A stretch of 64,000 nt of DNA. Source: an uncultured Prochlorococcus sp. Lineage in GTDB: Bacteria; Cyanobacteriota; Cyanobacteriia; PCC-6307; Cyanobiaceae. Made by a program: the position numbers and the translations under genes. The stretch is taken from contig CACNMX010000003.1 of NCBI GenBank assembly GCA_902621675.1, forward strand, positions 8,167 to 72,166, written 5' to 3'. Positions 20,697 to 32,306 of this stretch are shown here, in pieces. Every line of letters starts with the position of its first letter. Positions within the stretch are counted from its first letter, which is position 1. Under the pieces are notes generated by a model, which had not been told where the DNA came from, ran no database searches, and saw only the letters and a program-made list of their open reading frames with translations.

Positions 20697-20907
20697 CGAA
20701 AGGTTCCTGATCGAGGAGATGAGTATAATTAGTTGTTAATTCAGGTCTATTGATTGCAAGAGCTCTCAGTAAGTGCCAGTCTTTTAATCCATCAAATGGA
20801 GTATTATAGTTATCTTCCTCTAGCCTTTTAGCGAGCTCTAGGGTCTTGTCTTCATCAAAAGAGTTTACTAGTTCCTCGCTTATTTTATTTTCAGAAATGA
20901 ATTTCAT
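20686..20907 (-). CDS. Conserved cyanobacterial protein (DUF2555-like)
   Basis: LAKRLEEDNY.TPFDGLKDWHLLRALA motif; overlaps the coaBC start. Confidence 0.8.
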   Translation of the reverse strand: MKFISENKISEELVNSFDEDKTLELAKRLEEDNYNTPFDGLKDWHLLRALAINRPELTTNYTHLLDQEPFDEN

Positions 20908-21126
20908 ATTGAGTAAAGTCAATATATTCTAATAATAAAGCCTCAAGTAATTATTTAAAATTGATATAAGAATTAAGTACATATTTTCAAGGATATGATA
21001 ATTTTTAATTTTTACGATCTTTTCAAATTGTTGTTAAGTCATTTATCTTCATTCTCAGTCATAAATATGCAAACTCTCCTTTTCAAAAATATTCTTTCTT
21101 AAGATATTATTGTCATAATTAAATTC

Positions 21127-21327
21127 ATGTCACGAAACAAAAGAGAGCAAGTCGTTAGTCACATTCGCTATTTAAGACAAGAGCTCAGAGAAATGCATTT
21201 AGGAATAAAAGAAGATGATCTTTTCCCTGAACCAAGCGAATTAAGAGGATTAATGGCTCAGTTTGAAGCATTGCTTGAATTAATAGAAGGGAATACTAAA
21301 ATTCAATCAGAATCTGAAGCAGCTTAG
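21127..21327 (+). CDS. Small hypothetical helical protein (66 aa)
   Basis: ATG ORF with coding-like composition, 11 nt upstream of ycf20-like gene. Confidence 0.75.
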   Translation: MSRNKREQVVSHIRYLRQELREMHLGIKEDDLFPEPSELRGLMAQFEALLELIEGNTKIQSESEAA

Positions 21328-21338
21328 TTTAATTCAAA

Positions 21339-21680
21339 ATGGTTGTTAAACCTCAAAAGACAAAATTTCAGCTAAAAATTGTAGAAAATATTCAGACATT
21401 AAGTATTTGGGCTAACAATCCATGGCGAAGATATTCAATTTCATTGATTACAGTTTTAATTGGTTACTTCATTGGAAGTTCTCTAGGTATGGTAAGTGCC
21501 GTTGTGGAACTAATGGATCCTGTAGCTGCTTTCTTATCAGTAGTTTTTATCGAGATTTTAATAGTGCTAAGAAGAAATTTTAGATCCGAAAGGAAAAAGA
21601 AATTTTTAGTACTTTTTTTGGATTCTTTAAGATTAGGATTATTTTATGGTTTCTTTACAGAAAGCCTTAAGTTGCTATAA
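21339..21680 (+). CDS. ycf20: Ycf20/DUF565 family membrane protein
   Basis: WANNPWRR, LDSLRLGLFYG.F.E.LKL motif. Confidence 0.8.
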   Translation: MVVKPQKTKFQLKIVENIQTLSIWANNPWRRYSISLITVLIGYFIGSSLGMVSAVVELMDPVAAFLSVVFIEILIVLRRNFRSERKKKFLVLFLDSLRLGLFYGFFTESLKLL

Positions 21681-21682
21681 AT

Positions 21683-22699
21683 TTATTTGTTGTATTTCTG
21701 TAGTAGATAAAGCAAAGCCATTCTTATAGGGATACCATTTGAAACTTGATTATTAATTAAGCAATTAGGATATCGATCTACTACTTTACTACTTATTTCA
21801 ATATCTCTGTTAATGGGACCAGGATGGAGAATTGGTATTTCTTTATTATTCAAAGATAATTTTTCTGGGGTTAAGCCATAATCCAAACTATATGAATCAA
21901 TGCTACTAAGTAAATTCTCCATCATTCTCTCTTTTTGAAGTCTTAAAACAATAATCGCATCTGCAATTTTTATTGATTCTTCTAATGATCTAGAAATTGT
22001 TATGGAACCTCTTGATTTAACAGGATCTTCTTTTTGATTTGGCGCGGGAGTTTTTAAAAAATTGATAAATTCATCAGGTATTAATGTCTTAGGACCACAT
22101 AAGATTATGTCTGCACCAAATGCACTCAAAGCCCAAAGATTAGATCTGGCGACCCTTGAATGATTAACATCTCCAATAATTAAAATCTTTTTGGAATTTA
22201 AAACCTCTGTATTCAGTGATTTTTTGGAGAAGAATTTTAATAATGTATAGATGTCAAGCAATGCTTGGCTAGGGTGACTATGTAATCCATCTCCAGCATT
22301 AAGAACAGAAGTTTTGGAATTTATTGCATCAAGTTTTTCAGCGATCTTAAAGGTTATGTAACTTGATGAATGTCTTATGACTAATGTATCAGCCCCCATA
22401 GCAGAATAAGTTATGGCTGTATCAATTATTGTTTCGCCTTTTGTTAAAGAACTAGAGGATGGAGCAAACGTTTGGACATCAGCAGATAGCCTTTTTGCTG
22501 CAAGCTCAAAACTATTTTTTGTTCTTGTACTAGGTTCAAAAAATAAAGAAGTTACCAACGTCCCTTGTAAGGCCGGTATCTTTTTCGTTCCTGCATTCTT
22601 TAGTGCATCAAATCTATTAGCTAATTCAAATACTGACTCATAATCTTTAATTGAAAAATTAGCTAGTGTGTGGATATGTTTATGAGGCCAAATTTGCAT
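21683..22699 (-). CDS. pyrB: Aspartate carbamoyltransferase catalytic subunit
   Basis: [31 protein letters not shown]. Confidence 0.97.
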   Translation of the reverse strand: MQIWPHKHIHTLANFSIKDYESVFELANRFDALKNAGTKKIPALQGTLVTSLFFEPSTRTKNSFELAAKRLSADVQTFAPSSSSLTKGETIIDTAITYSAMGADTLVIRHSSSYITFKIAEKLDAINSKTSVLNAGDGLHSHPSQALLDIYTLLKFFSKKSLNTEVLNSKKILIIGDVNHSRVARSNLWALSAFGADIILCGPKTLIPDEFINFLKTPAPNQKEDPVKSRGSITISRSLEESIKIADAIIVLRLQKERMMENLLSSIDSYSLDYGLTPEKLSLNNKEIPILHPGPINRDIEISSKVVDRYPNCLINNQVSNGIPIRMALLYLLQKYNK

Positions 22700-22720
22700 T
22701 ACGTTGAAAAAGATAAATGA

Positions 22721-23305
22721 TTATTTAAATTTAGGTGTCCTGTCACCTTTTAATCTTTTACTTACACTCCTACTATTTTTGAGATACCAACGCCATTTTA
22801 TATTTTTTGCCTTTGATATGCCAATTCTCGTAGTTTGAATAAGATCTTTTTCTTCTATAATGGATTCTCTTGGAGAAATCCATAAAGATTTGTTATTAAG
22901 AACTTCAAGTGAGTTAAATGTAATGTCTATGCTGAATGCCTTAGTAACTAAGCCAGGTCCAGATGCTAATCTTTCATTTTTTGTAGGGATAAAAACTGAT
23001 CTTACTAATACACCACTAGCAAAATTTTCTTTATCAGTAACTATGTTTAAACAATGATGAATTCCGTATGATTTGTAAATATAAAATGTGCCAGGTTTAC
23101 CAAATAATGATTTATTTGATTGAGTCATTTTGCGGTAGCCATGACAGGCCTCTTCTTCCTGAGAATAAGCTTCAGTTTCAACAATAACTCCCTTAACTTG
23201 ATCTATCTCATTATTTTTTTTTATGAGCTGACAGCCTATTAAATCAGGGGCAACAAGCTTAGAGTGTCGATAAAAAAAATTTTTTGGAAATAATTCTTCT
23301 TCTAT
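22721..23305 (-). CDS. mpg: 3-methyladenine DNA glycosylase (AAG/MPG family); start uncertain
   Basis: Frame open upstream of ATG 23128 to 23308, encoding FF.R....VAPDLIG and IVETEAY; downstream YG.HHCLN, SGPG, RIGI. Confidence 0.88.
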   Translation of the reverse strand: MEEELFPKNFFYRHSKLVAPDLIGCQLIKKNNEIDQVKGVIVETEAYSQEEEACHGYRKMTQSNKSLFGKPGTFYIYKSYGIHHCLNIVTDKENFASGVLVRSVFIPTKNERLASGPGLVTKAFSIDITFNSLEVLNNKSLWISPRESIIEEKDLIQTTRIGISKAKNIKWRWYLKNSRSVSKRLKGDRTPKFK

Positions 23306-23477
23306 TTTTCAATATTTATCTAATAACATATTTAGCTGAGAAAAATAATTAAGGCTATTAATTGATATTGATTTTTAAAAGATGTGATTATTAATTTTAT
23401 AAATTATTTGAAATTCAAGGGATATATAAATAAGATGTTCTTAATGAACTATTATTTACGGTAGAGATATTAAAAGC

Positions 23478-23771
23478 ATGACAAAAATAACTAAAGAGGA
23501 AGTTAAAAAGGTTGCTCATTTAGCTAGATTAGAACTTAACGAGAATGAAATTAATAATCATGCAGAACAATTAGAAAAGATATTGGATTACATAAGACAA
23601 CTTGAAAAAATTGATACTGATGATGTCCCTTGTACAACGAGAGCTATAGAAGTTATTAATGTATTTAGAAAAGATGAAAAGAAAAATTCTGATTGCAATG
23701 AAGAGCTTTTAGAATTAGGTCCATCAAGAGAAGATAAATATTTTAAAGTTCCAAAGATTATTAACGAATGA
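23478..23771 (+). CDS. gatC: Asp/Glu-tRNA amidotransferase subunit C
   Basis: EVKKVAHLARL...FKVPKI. Confidence 0.95.
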   Translation: MTKITKEEVKKVAHLARLELNENEINNHAEQLEKILDYIRQLEKIDTDDVPCTTRAIEVINVFRKDEKKNSDCNEELLELGPSREDKYFKVPKIINE

Positions 23772-23772
23772 G

Positions 23773-24792
23773 TCAGTTGCCTCCTATAAATGTTTTATTG
23801 ACTATCTTTAATAAAAATTTTTTTATTTTATAGCCTGGATATAAATTTATCATTCTTCTTATTTTTCCTCCTTTTTTGCTATGACTCCTTACACCTATTA
23901 ACAAATCATAAATAAAATTAAATATGTCTTGTTTACTTTCAAATATACCGACCCTTTGAGGAGAGCCTTTTTTATCTAATAATGGCTTAGTCTTTTCATA
24001 GGCTATCTTGTATTCAAACCAAGGAATAGAAGGCCAAAGATGATGAATGAGATGGTAATTTTGACCCATTATTAATAAATTCATAAATTTGCTTGGATAA
24101 ACTCGAGAATTTATCCATTTATTTCTTGATCGAAAAGGTCTATGAGGTAAATAATCAAAAAATATTCCTAAAGTAACCCCCACCATTAATGCTGGGCCGA
24201 ACCATAAATTGTATATTAAATTCATAAAGTCAAATTTCAAACCTGCCAAGATGATTGTAATGAAAATGGATCTTTCGATTCCCCATTGTAGTAATTCATA
24301 TCTTCGCCAAAGTTTTCTTTGAAAGAAAAATACCTCATGGTAAAAAAATCTTGGAGCAATCAGCCATATTGGACCAAAAGTGCTGACTATATGATCAGGG
24401 TCATTTTTGGGGTGATTTACATGAATATGATGTTGTAAATGAACTCTCGTAAAAACTGGGAAGCTAAACCCCAATAGAATTGCTGATCCGTGCCCCATTG
24501 CTTGGTTTATCCAAGGAACTGGATGAGCAGCTTTATGACAAGCATCATGGATTACAGTACCTTCAATGTGTAATGCTAAAAAAGCAGTTGCTACAAGAAG
24601 AGGTAAAGGCCAAACACCCCTATACCATTGCCATATACTAAGAAAAGCGAGAAAATAACCGGCAAAAAATAGACCTAATGTTGGATTCCAAAAACTTGGC
24701 GGATCTACATAATGTTTAATCTCTTTTTGCCAATTAAAAACTTTTGAAGAATTAGTATTTTTAGTTGTATTTTTACTGGTTAAGTTTGAAAT
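23773..24792 (-). CDS. crtR: Beta-carotene hydroxylase CrtR (fatty-acid desaturase superfamily); start uncertain
   Basis: His boxes HDACH (upstream of ATG 24498), HLQHH and HLIHH; DYLPHRPF; frame open to 24798. Confidence 0.9.
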   Translation of the reverse strand: MSNLTSKNTTKNTNSSKVFNWQKEIKHYVDPPSFWNPTLGLFFAGYFLAFLSIWQWYRGVWPLPLLVATAFLALHIEGTVIHDACHKAAHPVPWINQAMGHGSAILLGFSFPVFTRVHLQHHIHVNHPKNDPDHIVSTFGPIWLIAPRFFYHEVFFFQRKLWRRYELLQWGIERSIFITIILAGLKFDFMNLIYNLWFGPALMVGVTLGIFFDYLPHRPFRSRNKWINSRVYPSKFMNLLIMGQNYHLIHHLWPSIPWFEYKIAYEKTKPLLDKKGSPQRVGIFESKQDIFNFIYDLLIGVRSHSKKGGKIRRMINLYPGYKIKKFLLKIVNKTFIGGN

Positions 24793-24962
24793 CGTTTCTT
24801 ATATTCTTTAAACAATATAACTAATATTTTAAGTTGATTGCATGCTCAAATATAAAAAATTTCTTTTAAGAGCAATTTTATTAAATTTAATGTGTCAAAT
24901 TAATCATCTTTAGGAGAAAAAATCTTTAAAATAAACCCTTTTTCAATTATTATTTTATTTGA

Positions 24963-25044
24963 GCGGTCGTGGCGGAATTGGTAGACGCGCGAGTTTTAGG
25001 TACTCGTATCTTCGGGTGTGGGAGTTCAAGTCTCCCCGACCGCA
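24963..25044 (+). tRNA. trnL: tRNA-Leu(TAG)
   Basis: GCGGTCG/CGACCGC acceptor, CGAGT-TT-TAG-GT-ACTCG anticodon arm, long variable arm, GGGAG-TTCAAGT-CTCCC T arm; CCA not encoded. Confidence 0.97.
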
Positions 25045-25115
25045 CTTAAGAGAACTCTCATGGAAATTTGTTAATCTTTATCTACTTCTTATAATTTAGT
25101 AAGGTAATTAATTTA

Positions 25116-25565
25116 ATGAGTAGTTTGATATTCTTTTTTGGCACTTTTTATATCGTAATAGGGATCATTTTTTTATCCGTACCTATAATTTATCTTGAGC
25201 TCGGCAAACCAAAAGACTTAATAAAAGCTTTTTTAAATTTGTTAATAGGTTTGATATTAATATTAAAAAATAAAACAATAGATGAGTCATTTTTTGTAAT
25301 TTTCCTCTTCTTAACAGTACTGGTTATTCTGTATCTGTTAGAGCTTTTTTCATCTAGATGGTACCAATTGACAGATAACGAAAAGAAAAAATTAACTACC
25401 TTTCTGGAATTTAAAAATAACTTTTCAAAAATATTAGAAGCATTTAATCTGGTTTTTGTTAATTTTACGAAGCCTTTAAATTTTTTTAATTTTGGAAGTA
25501 ATAGTAAAAATACAATCCAAAAAAAGTGGGTAAGAAATGATAAAAATGATAATATAAAAGTCTGA
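25116..25565 (+). CDS. Ycf66-like membrane protein
   Basis: Three TM segments with LELGKPKD and downstream RWYQL resembling the Ycf66 N-terminal domain. Confidence 0.65.
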   Translation: MSSLIFFFGTFYIVIGIIFLSVPIIYLELGKPKDLIKAFLNLLIGLILILKNKTIDESFFVIFLFLTVLVILYLLELFSSRWYQLTDNEKKKLTTFLEFKNNFSKILEAFNLVFVNFTKPLNFFNFGSNSKNTIQKKWVRNDKNDNIKV

Positions 25566-25686
25566 AATAGTATAAATTGGTTATTTGAAAAATCCCAAAC
25601 AAACTACAGGTCAATTGAGAAAGAATATAATGAACTAAATTTATTTAAATAATTCTTTTGATCACAAATATTTCTTTTATCTTCTT

Positions 25687-28593
25687 ATGAAATCTCAAAA
25701 TAGCAAAGAACAAAAATCAGACTTTTCTTATAAAGAAACTTTAAATTTACTTAAAACTGATTTCTCAATGCGTGCTAACTCAGTTGTAAGAGAACCTGAG
25801 ATCCAAAAGTTTTGGGCTAACAATAATATTGATCTCAAACTAGGTGCTAGCAACTCAGGCGAAATATTTACATTACATGATGGCCCTCCTTATGCAAATG
25901 GAGCACTTCATATGGGTCATGCTCTTAATAAAGTGTTAAAAGACATAATAAATAAGTACAAAACCTTGAGAGGATTTAGGGTCCATTACGTCCCGGGCTG
26001 GGACTGTCATGGATTACCAATTGAATTAAAAGTTCTTCAGAATTTAAAATCTGATGAAAGAAAGAATCTTGATACTCTTAATCTAAGAAAAAAAGCAACT
26101 GATTATGCCTATATCCAAATTAATAATCAAATGGAGGGTTTCAAAAGGTGGGGTATATGGGGAGATTGGGAAAACCCTTACTTAACTCTTAAGAAAAGTT
26201 ATGAATCTGCTCAGATTGGAGTATTTGGGAAAATGTTTTTAAATGGCTACATATATAGAGGTCTTAAACCTGTTCATTGGAGTCCAAGTTCAAGGACTGC
26301 ACTTGCAGAAGCAGAATTAGAATATCCTGATGAACATTATTCAAAAAGTATTTATGTTTCTTTAAAAATAACTAAAATATCTGAGGAAATTCTATTAAAT
26401 TTCAACCAAGAAAATTTTAATATTAAAAAAGAATTTTTTCAAAATAATTCTTTCATAACTATTTGGACCACTACTCCTTGGACTATACCTGCAAATGAAG
26501 CAGTTGCAGTAAATCCAAAAATACAGTACGTTTTTGCTATCGATGAAGAGAAACAAATTTACCTTTTTGCAAAAGATTTATCTTCTGAACTAAGTAAAAA
26601 ATTTAATAAAGATTTCAAAGAGCTTTTAGAGGTAAAAGGCTCTAAATTGGAAAATATTGAATATAAACATCCCTCTAAGAATAAAGATTGTAAAATTGTA
26701 ATTGGAGGAGATTATATAACTACGGAATCAGGTACTGGAATTGTTCATACTGCCCCTGGTCATGGGATAGATGATTTTAATGTGGGTCAAAAATATGATT
26801 TACCAATAACATGTGTTGTTGATGAGAAAGGTAACCTAAATGAATATTCTGGTCAATTTAAAGGATCAAATGTCCTAAAAGATGCAAATGATTTAGTTAT
26901 TGAATACTTAAAGGGAAATAATTTGCTTCTATTGCAAGAAAATTATAAGCACAGATATCCCTATGATTGGAGAACAAAAAAACCAACTATTTTTAGAGCG
27001 ACAGAACAATGGTTTGCATCTGTCAATGGCTTTAGATCATCAGCATTAAAGGCAATCGAAGATGTTGAATGGATGCCAGCAACTGGAAAGAAAAGAATTT
27101 ATTCTATGGTTGTTGGCAGAGGAGATTGGTGTATTTCCAGGCAAAGATCATGGGGAGTCCCAATTCCAGTTTTTTATAAAAAAAATGGTAATGATATTCT
27201 CCTTAACAGCGAGATAATTAATCATATTCAAGAACTTTTTAGCGAACATGGAGCAGATATTTGGTGGGATTGGGATGTTAAGAATCTACTGCCAGACAAT
27301 TATGCAAAAGAATCGGATCTGTGGAAAAAGGGAACAGATACAATGGATGTCTGGTTCGATTCTGGATCTAGCTGGGCCGCAGTATGTGAACTAAGAAGTG
27401 AATTAAAGTATCCAGCGGATCTTTACTTAGAAGGTTCAGATCAACATCGTGGATGGTTCCAGTCTTCTTTGCTAACATCTGTTGCCGTTAACAATAAACC
27501 TCCATATAAAAAAGTTTTAACTCACGGTTTTGCACTTGATGAAAACGGAAGAAAAATGAGCAAATCTCTAGGCAATGTTGTTGATCCAAATGTAATTATT
27601 AATGGAGGTAATAATAAAAAAACTGAACCTGCTTATGGCGCTGATGTTCTAAGGCTATGGGTAAGCTCTGTAGATTATTCAGTAGATGTTCCAATTGGTT
27701 CAAATATACTCAAGCAACTTTCAGACGTTTATAGAAAAGTGCGTAATACTGCAAGATATCTTCTAGGTAATATTCATGATTATGATCCGGAAATTGAAAG
27801 TTTTGAAATTGATCAATTACCTCTCCTCGATCAATGGATGTTAGGCAGATTAGTCGAGGTTACAGATCAAATATCAAATGCTTATGAAAATTATGAATTT
27901 TCAAAATTTTTCCAAATCCTACAAAGTTTTTGTGTCGTAGATCTATCAAATTTTTATTTGGATATAGCTAAGGATAGGTTATATGTAAGTTCAAAATCAC
28001 AATTCAGGAGAAGATCATGTCAGTTTGTTATGTCAAAAGTTGTTGAAAATTTAGCCGTACTTATTTCTCCAGTGCTTTGTCATATGGCTGAAGACATTTG
28101 GCAAAATATTCCATATGCAACTAAAGAAGAATCAGTATTTCAAAGGGGATGGCCAAAATTTTCACAGTCATGGAAAAATCAAACTCTTAATCAGAACATT
28201 GCAAATTTAAGAAATTTAAGAGTTGAAGTTAATAAGGCTATAGAAGGATGTAGGAACAAACAAATAATTGGAGCAGCTTTAGAAACTGAAGTTAATTATT
28301 TGCCTGAAGATAAAGTTGTAAAAGATTCACTGGCTTGGCTTAAGGAATTTGGCAATCAAGATGTAGATTTATTTAGGGATTGGCTTATAGTATCAAACTT
28401 TCAAGTAGTATCCGATTTGGTGGAGAATTCCATTGTTATAGATAACAATGCACTTGGGAAAATTCAAATAGTCAAAGCACACGGTCAAAAATGTGATAGA
28501 TGTTGGCATTATCAAAAAGAAACTTTTAACGGAATCCAAAATACAAAATTATGCAAAAGATGTTCAAATATTATTAATCTTAAATTTACCTAA
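25687..28593 (+). CDS. ileS: Isoleucine--tRNA ligase
   Basis: HMGH, WTTTPWT, GTGIVH, KMSKS, C-terminal CDRC...CKRC zinc finger. Confidence 0.98.
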   Translation: MKSQNSKEQKSDFSYKETLNLLKTDFSMRANSVVREPEIQKFWANNNIDLKLGASNSGEIFTLHDGPPYANGALHMGHALNKVLKDIINKYKTLRGFRVHYVPGWDCHGLPIELKVLQNLKSDERKNLDTLNLRKKATDYAYIQINNQMEGFKRWGIWGDWENPYLTLKKSYESAQIGVFGKMFLNGYIYRGLKPVHWSPSSRTALAEAELEYPDEHYSKSIYVSLKITKISEEILLNFNQENFNIKKEFFQNNSFITIWTTTPWTIPANEAVAVNPKIQYVFAIDEEKQIYLFAKDLSSELSKKFNKDFKELLEVKGSKLENIEYKHPSKNKDCKIVIGGDYITTESGTGIVHTAPGHGIDDFNVGQKYDLPITCVVDEKGNLNEYSGQFKGSNVLKDANDLVIEYLKGNNLLLLQENYKHRYPYDWRTKKPTIFRATEQWFASVNGFRSSALKAIEDVEWMPATGKKRIYSMVVGRGDWCISRQRSWGVPIPVFYKKNGNDILLNSEIINHIQELFSEHGADIWWDWDVKNLLPDNYAKESDLWKKGTDTMDVWFDSGSSWAAVCELRSELKYPADLYLEGSDQHRGWFQSSLLTSVAVNNKPPYKKVLTHGFALDENGRKMSKSLGNVVDPNVIINGGNNKKTEPAYGADVLRLWVSSVDYSVDVPIGSNILKQLSDVYRKVRNTARYLLGNIHDYDPEIESFEIDQLPLLDQWMLGRLVEVTDQISNAYENYEFSKFFQILQSFCVVDLSNFYLDIAKDRLYVSSKSQFRRRSCQFVMSKVVENLAVLISPVLCHMAEDIWQNIPYATKEESVFQRGWPKFSQSWKNQTLNQNIANLRNLRVEVNKAIEGCRNKQIIGAALETEVNYLPEDKVVKDSLAWLKEFGNQDVDLFRDWLIVSNFQVVSDLVENSIVIDNNALGKIQIVKAHGQKCDRCWHYQKETFNGIQNTKLCKRCSNIINLKFT

Positions 28594-28925
28594 ATCCAAT
28601 TTTTTTGATTTAAAAAGAAAACTGAGTTTTGATTTTCTCTTATAAAATTATCTTCTGTTTCTATTAAAGGTGCTTTATAAAGTTTAAAGTTGGTAATTAC
28701 ATATTGAAATTCTATAACTTTCTTTTCTAAATCTATCTCAATTGGATGAGTTGAAGAACTGCTAAATCCCTTAAAAATAATTATTTCTAATTTTTCTTTG
28801 TGATTTCCTTTTATAGTAAATCCTTCAAGTTTAAGGATCCTTTTAGGTATCTTGGAACTGATTTCTTCAAGATTGTTTATTAAATCAATTTCTGCCATTT
28901 TCGGAGAAGCAAGAGTTTCTTCCAT
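28590..28925 (-). CDS. Conserved hypothetical protein
   Basis: [12 protein letters not shown] motif; overlaps both neighbours; true start may be the second Met. Confidence 0.7.
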   Translation of the reverse strand: MEETLASPKMAEIDLINNLEEISSKIPKRILKLEGFTIKGNHKEKLEIIIFKGFSSSSTHPIEIDLEKKVIEFQYVITNFKLYKAPLIETEDNFIRENQNSVFFLNQKNWI

Positions 28926-29508
28926 TTTTAGGGAATTTGATTATTAACCATTGAACAAGGCCTAAAGTATAAATTAATAATGAAATTAATCCTAAAAATT
29001 TAGCTATCGGCTGAGTAAAGTTAGCTCCGAAGAAAAAATTGAATAAATTTTTTATAAAAATATATAAATTAGAAGAAGGCTGAAGCCATATTGCGCATTC
29101 ATCAGAATTAATAAAAGAAAAGCAGTTAAAGTTTTGTAAACTTTGAATTAGGAAATTAAGAGATATAAGAGTTAACGTCCATCTCCATATTTTTGTAGTT
29201 GTGGTAAGGAAGTAAGAAAAATCATATTCTCTTAATTCATCATTAATGTCGTTCCAAAACCAAACTGAAACTGTCATTAACAATGTTGAAATATTTGTGA
29301 TCACAAGAGCATAATTATAATTACCTATTAAAAGTAAAAGGCTTATAAAAAATAAAAGGGATATTTTCCAATACACTGATAGAAGTTTACAAACTGCTTT
29401 ATTTCTTTTTTTTATTGCCCAGAAGGATAGAGTAACAGGTATACCAATAAGGAAAATTATTGAAAGTTGAAAGGATAGCCAAATAGAAAGTTGATTAAAA
29501 ACGTTCAA
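28885..29508 (-). CDS. Conserved membrane protein (DUF3177-like)
   Basis: YWKIS.L, SVWFW.DIN.EL, WRW, C..WL.P pattern. Confidence 0.75.
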   Translation of the reverse strand: MNVFNQLSIWLSFQLSIIFLIGIPVTLSFWAIKKRNKAVCKLLSVYWKISLLFFISLLLLIGNYNYALVITNISTLLMTVSVWFWNDINDELREYDFSYFLTTTTKIWRWTLTLISLNFLIQSLQNFNCFSFINSDECAIWLQPSSNLYIFIKNLFNFFFGANFTQPIAKFLGLISLLIYTLGLVQWLIIKFPKNGRNSCFSENGRN

Positions 29509-29630
29509 AACTTTTTCTTTTTAAACACATAATAATTAAACATCAAAGTGTTACTTTTTAACTTACTATTGTCATAGTTATGAATATTATTAATTCTAAT
29601 ATTATTGCTTAGAAATATATTAATAATCGT

Positions 29631-30260
29631 ATGAGACAGCATGTTAATCCACTTAGTGTTAATTTCAATCAAATTGAGAGAATACCATCTTTGAGTGAAA
29701 TGTTTGGTGATTCTAGATTAAATCTTCATTTGGATGTAGGTTGTGCTGCTGGGGAGTTTCTATTCGATTTAGCTTTAGTAAATACCAGTTGGAATTATCT
29801 AGGAATTGAAATTCGTGAGAAATTAGTCAAAAATGCTAGACAAAAGGTGATTGAAAGTGAAATCAAAAATTTATATTTTGTATTTGGTAATGCTAATAAT
29901 TTTTTGAATGATTTCCAAAGTGAATTTATTATTAAAAATCTAAAAAGTATTTCTTTGAATTTTCCTGATCCATGGTTTAAAAAGAGACATTATAAAAGGC
30001 GTGTAATTCAGCCAGAATTTATTAATATTCTTTCTAATTTATTGCAAAAAGGGACTTTAATTTTTATAAAAACAGATGTTAAGGATTTATTCGATTATAT
30101 GGATCGCACTATATCTGATAATTTTTATTTTAAAAAAATAGATAAAAAAGATTTTAATTATTCTGAATGTTTTAATCCAAATAAAGTAAAAACTAATCGG
30201 GAAAAGTACGTGATTGATAATCAACTTGATATTTTTGAGAGGATTTATGTAAAAATTTGA
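29631..30260 (+). CDS. trmB: tRNA (guanine-N7)-methyltransferase
   Basis: [35 protein letters not shown]. Confidence 0.95.
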   Translation: MRQHVNPLSVNFNQIERIPSLSEMFGDSRLNLHLDVGCAAGEFLFDLALVNTSWNYLGIEIREKLVKNARQKVIESEIKNLYFVFGNANNFLNDFQSEFIIKNLKSISLNFPDPWFKKRHYKRRVIQPEFINILSNLLQKGTLIFIKTDVKDLFDYMDRTISDNFYFKKIDKKDFNYSECFNPNKVKTNREKYVIDNQLDIFERIYVKI

Positions 30261-30267
30261 TTCATTT

Positions 30268-31620
30268 CTAATTTATTATTTTATTAATTTCTAAAGCTAG
30301 TTTGTTTGTTATTTCTCTTGATAAAGAAATAACTTTCTTGTGATCTTTGGCTTCAACTAGAACTCTAATTAAGGGTTCTGTGCCGCTAGGCCTTATATAA
30401 ACTCTACAATTATCCGCATATTTTGACTGAAAAATTTCTATAGTTTGATCAATTAAGATTTTAGTGTTTAGATTTAATTTATTTATATTGAAATTTAAAT
30501 TGATATTGGTTAGTTTTTGAGGAAAAGGTTCGAAACTACTTTCAAGCCAATCATTTAAATTAATATTTTTCTTTTTACAATATTTAGAAATTTGAAGTGC
30601 AGTTAATATTCCATCTCCAGAAAAGTTATTAATTTTCGAAAGTATATGACCTGACTGCTCACCTCCTAGAACAGCTCTTTTTTCCTTCATTGCGTCATGT
30701 ACATATTTATCTCCTACATCAGTTCTATATAAATTTCCTCCAATTTTCTTCCAGGCCTTTTCAAAACCTAAGTTAGCCATTTGAGTTGATACTAGTAAAT
30801 TATTTGTGAGAATTTTTTCTTCCATAAGTTCTCTACCCCAAAGAAAGAGAATGTGATCTCCATCCAATACATTGCCTTTTGAATCTATTCCAATTACTCT
30901 ATCGGCATCCCCGTCAAAGCTAAAACCTATATCTGCAGGACTTTCTCGTAATGCTTTTTTTAATGGTTCCAGGTGAGTAGAACCACAATTCATATTAATT
31001 TTTAACCCATTTTTAGAGTTATTGATAACTCTTACATCAGCATCAAGAGACTGAAAAATTTTTTTTGCGCAGGTTGTTGCTGATCCATAGCATGTATCTA
31101 ATATTATTTTCAACCCACTTAGATTTACTCCATCCATGGTTTGGATGAGGCTTTTAATATAAATATCCATAAGATCTTTATTTGTATTTAGGGAAATAAC
31201 TCTTGTAGGAACTGATATATCTTGATTTGTTTCTTCAATTAATTTTTGAATTTTATTTTCGAAATATCTGGTAGTTTTTTGACCATTATGATCAAAAATT
31301 TTAATACCATTATATTCTGGCGGATTATGACTTGCAGATATCATAATCCCACTACTCAGATTCTCTTTTTTGATCAAAAAAGGTATTGCTGGGGTAGGAC
31401 ATATTCCAAGATTTAAAAATTTTTTGCCACTTTCATTTATTCCTTGTGTTATTGCCTGAAGCAGAATATCTCCACTAATTCTCGTATCTTTTCCAATTAA
31501 TATTGGACCTTCCTTCTCAAGAGTAGATCCTAGAGCATATCCTACTTTATATGCTAGAGAATAAGTTAACTCTTCATTAAATCTTCCTCTTATTCCATCA
31601 GTTCCAAAGATTGATTGCAT
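30268..31620 (-). CDS. glmM: Phosphoglucosamine mutase
   Basis: [40 protein letters not shown]. Confidence 0.93.
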   Translation of the reverse strand: MQSIFGTDGIRGRFNEELTYSLAYKVGYALGSTLEKEGPILIGKDTRISGDILLQAITQGINESGKKFLNLGICPTPAIPFLIKKENLSSGIMISASHNPPEYNGIKIFDHNGQKTTRYFENKIQKLIEETNQDISVPTRVISLNTNKDLMDIYIKSLIQTMDGVNLSGLKIILDTCYGSATTCAKKIFQSLDADVRVINNSKNGLKINMNCGSTHLEPLKKALRESPADIGFSFDGDADRVIGIDSKGNVLDGDHILFLWGRELMEEKILTNNLLVSTQMANLGFEKAWKKIGGNLYRTDVGDKYVHDAMKEKRAVLGGEQSGHILSKINNFSGDGILTALQISKYCKKKNINLNDWLESSFEPFPQKLTNINLNFNINKLNLNTKILIDQTIEIFQSKYADNCRVYIRPSGTEPLIRVLVEAKDHKKVISLSREITNKLALEINKIIN

Positions 31621-31712
31621 AATTAGATTTCAGGAATCAAAGAAAATTTGATAATTAATATGTTCTTATTTTATCAGTTGATTAAAAGCTTATAGATTTC
31701 AATTCTCTTTAT

Positions 31713-32303
31713 TTGTTTAACTTATTTAAGATGTTTTTAGTTAGTCATACTTCAATAGTGCAATCTGAGAGTCAAGAGCGAACTTTAAAGTTAAATTTAA
31801 AAACAATACTTATTTTGATAATGTCTATTGTTATAGTTTCATTGCTTACGTTTAGAAATTTCTTTTTTAGATCAACTTATCTTTTAAAGAGTTTTGGGGA
31901 ATTATCTGTCGACCCTGAAATAGCTTTTATAAATAATAAACCTACATTTCTGGAATTTTATGCTGAGTGGTGTGAAGTTTGCAAAGAAACGGCTCCACAA
32001 GTTTCTGCGTTTAAGGAGGAATACGAAAAAGATATTAATTTTGTTTTTTTAAATGTTGATAATCAAAAATGGGGTAATTACATCCAGAAATTTGCCGTCA
32101 ATGGGATTCCTCAAGTTAATCTCTTTGATAAAAAGGGTAATCTAGTCTCTACTTTTATTGGTAAACAAGATGAAATGAAAATAAGAGAATCTATTAATGA
32201 TTTAGAAAAAGAAGAGAAACTCTATGAGGAGATTATTAATTCTAAATTTTCAATCATTCAAGAAAATAAAAATAATGAGGTTAGTCCTCGTAGTCATGGA
32301 TAA
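31713..32303 (+). CDS. txlA: Membrane-anchored thioredoxin-like protein (TxlA-like)
   Basis: N-terminal TM, EFYAEWCEVC, LNVDN.KW, GIP, C-terminal PRSHG; real start probably ATG 31731 or GTG 31758. Confidence 0.8.
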   Translation: MFNLFKMFLVSHTSIVQSESQERTLKLNLKTILILIMSIVIVSLLTFRNFFFRSTYLLKSFGELSVDPEIAFINNKPTFLEFYAEWCEVCKETAPQVSAFKEEYEKDINFVFLNVDNQKWGNYIQKFAVNGIPQVNLFDKKGNLVSTFIGKQDEMKIRESINDLEKEEKLYEEIINSKFSIIQENKNNEVSPRSHG

Positions 32304-32306
32304 TAT

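Noticed and set aside
24963-25115. tRNAs as integration sites for an island
   Set aside because: No integrase, no duplicated tRNA 3' end seen, and core genes flank all three tRNAs
25566-25652. 28 open codons after the TGA of the Ycf66-like gene (possible read-through or premature stop)
   Set aside because: Length is compatible with chance; no recoding signal or homology evidence visible
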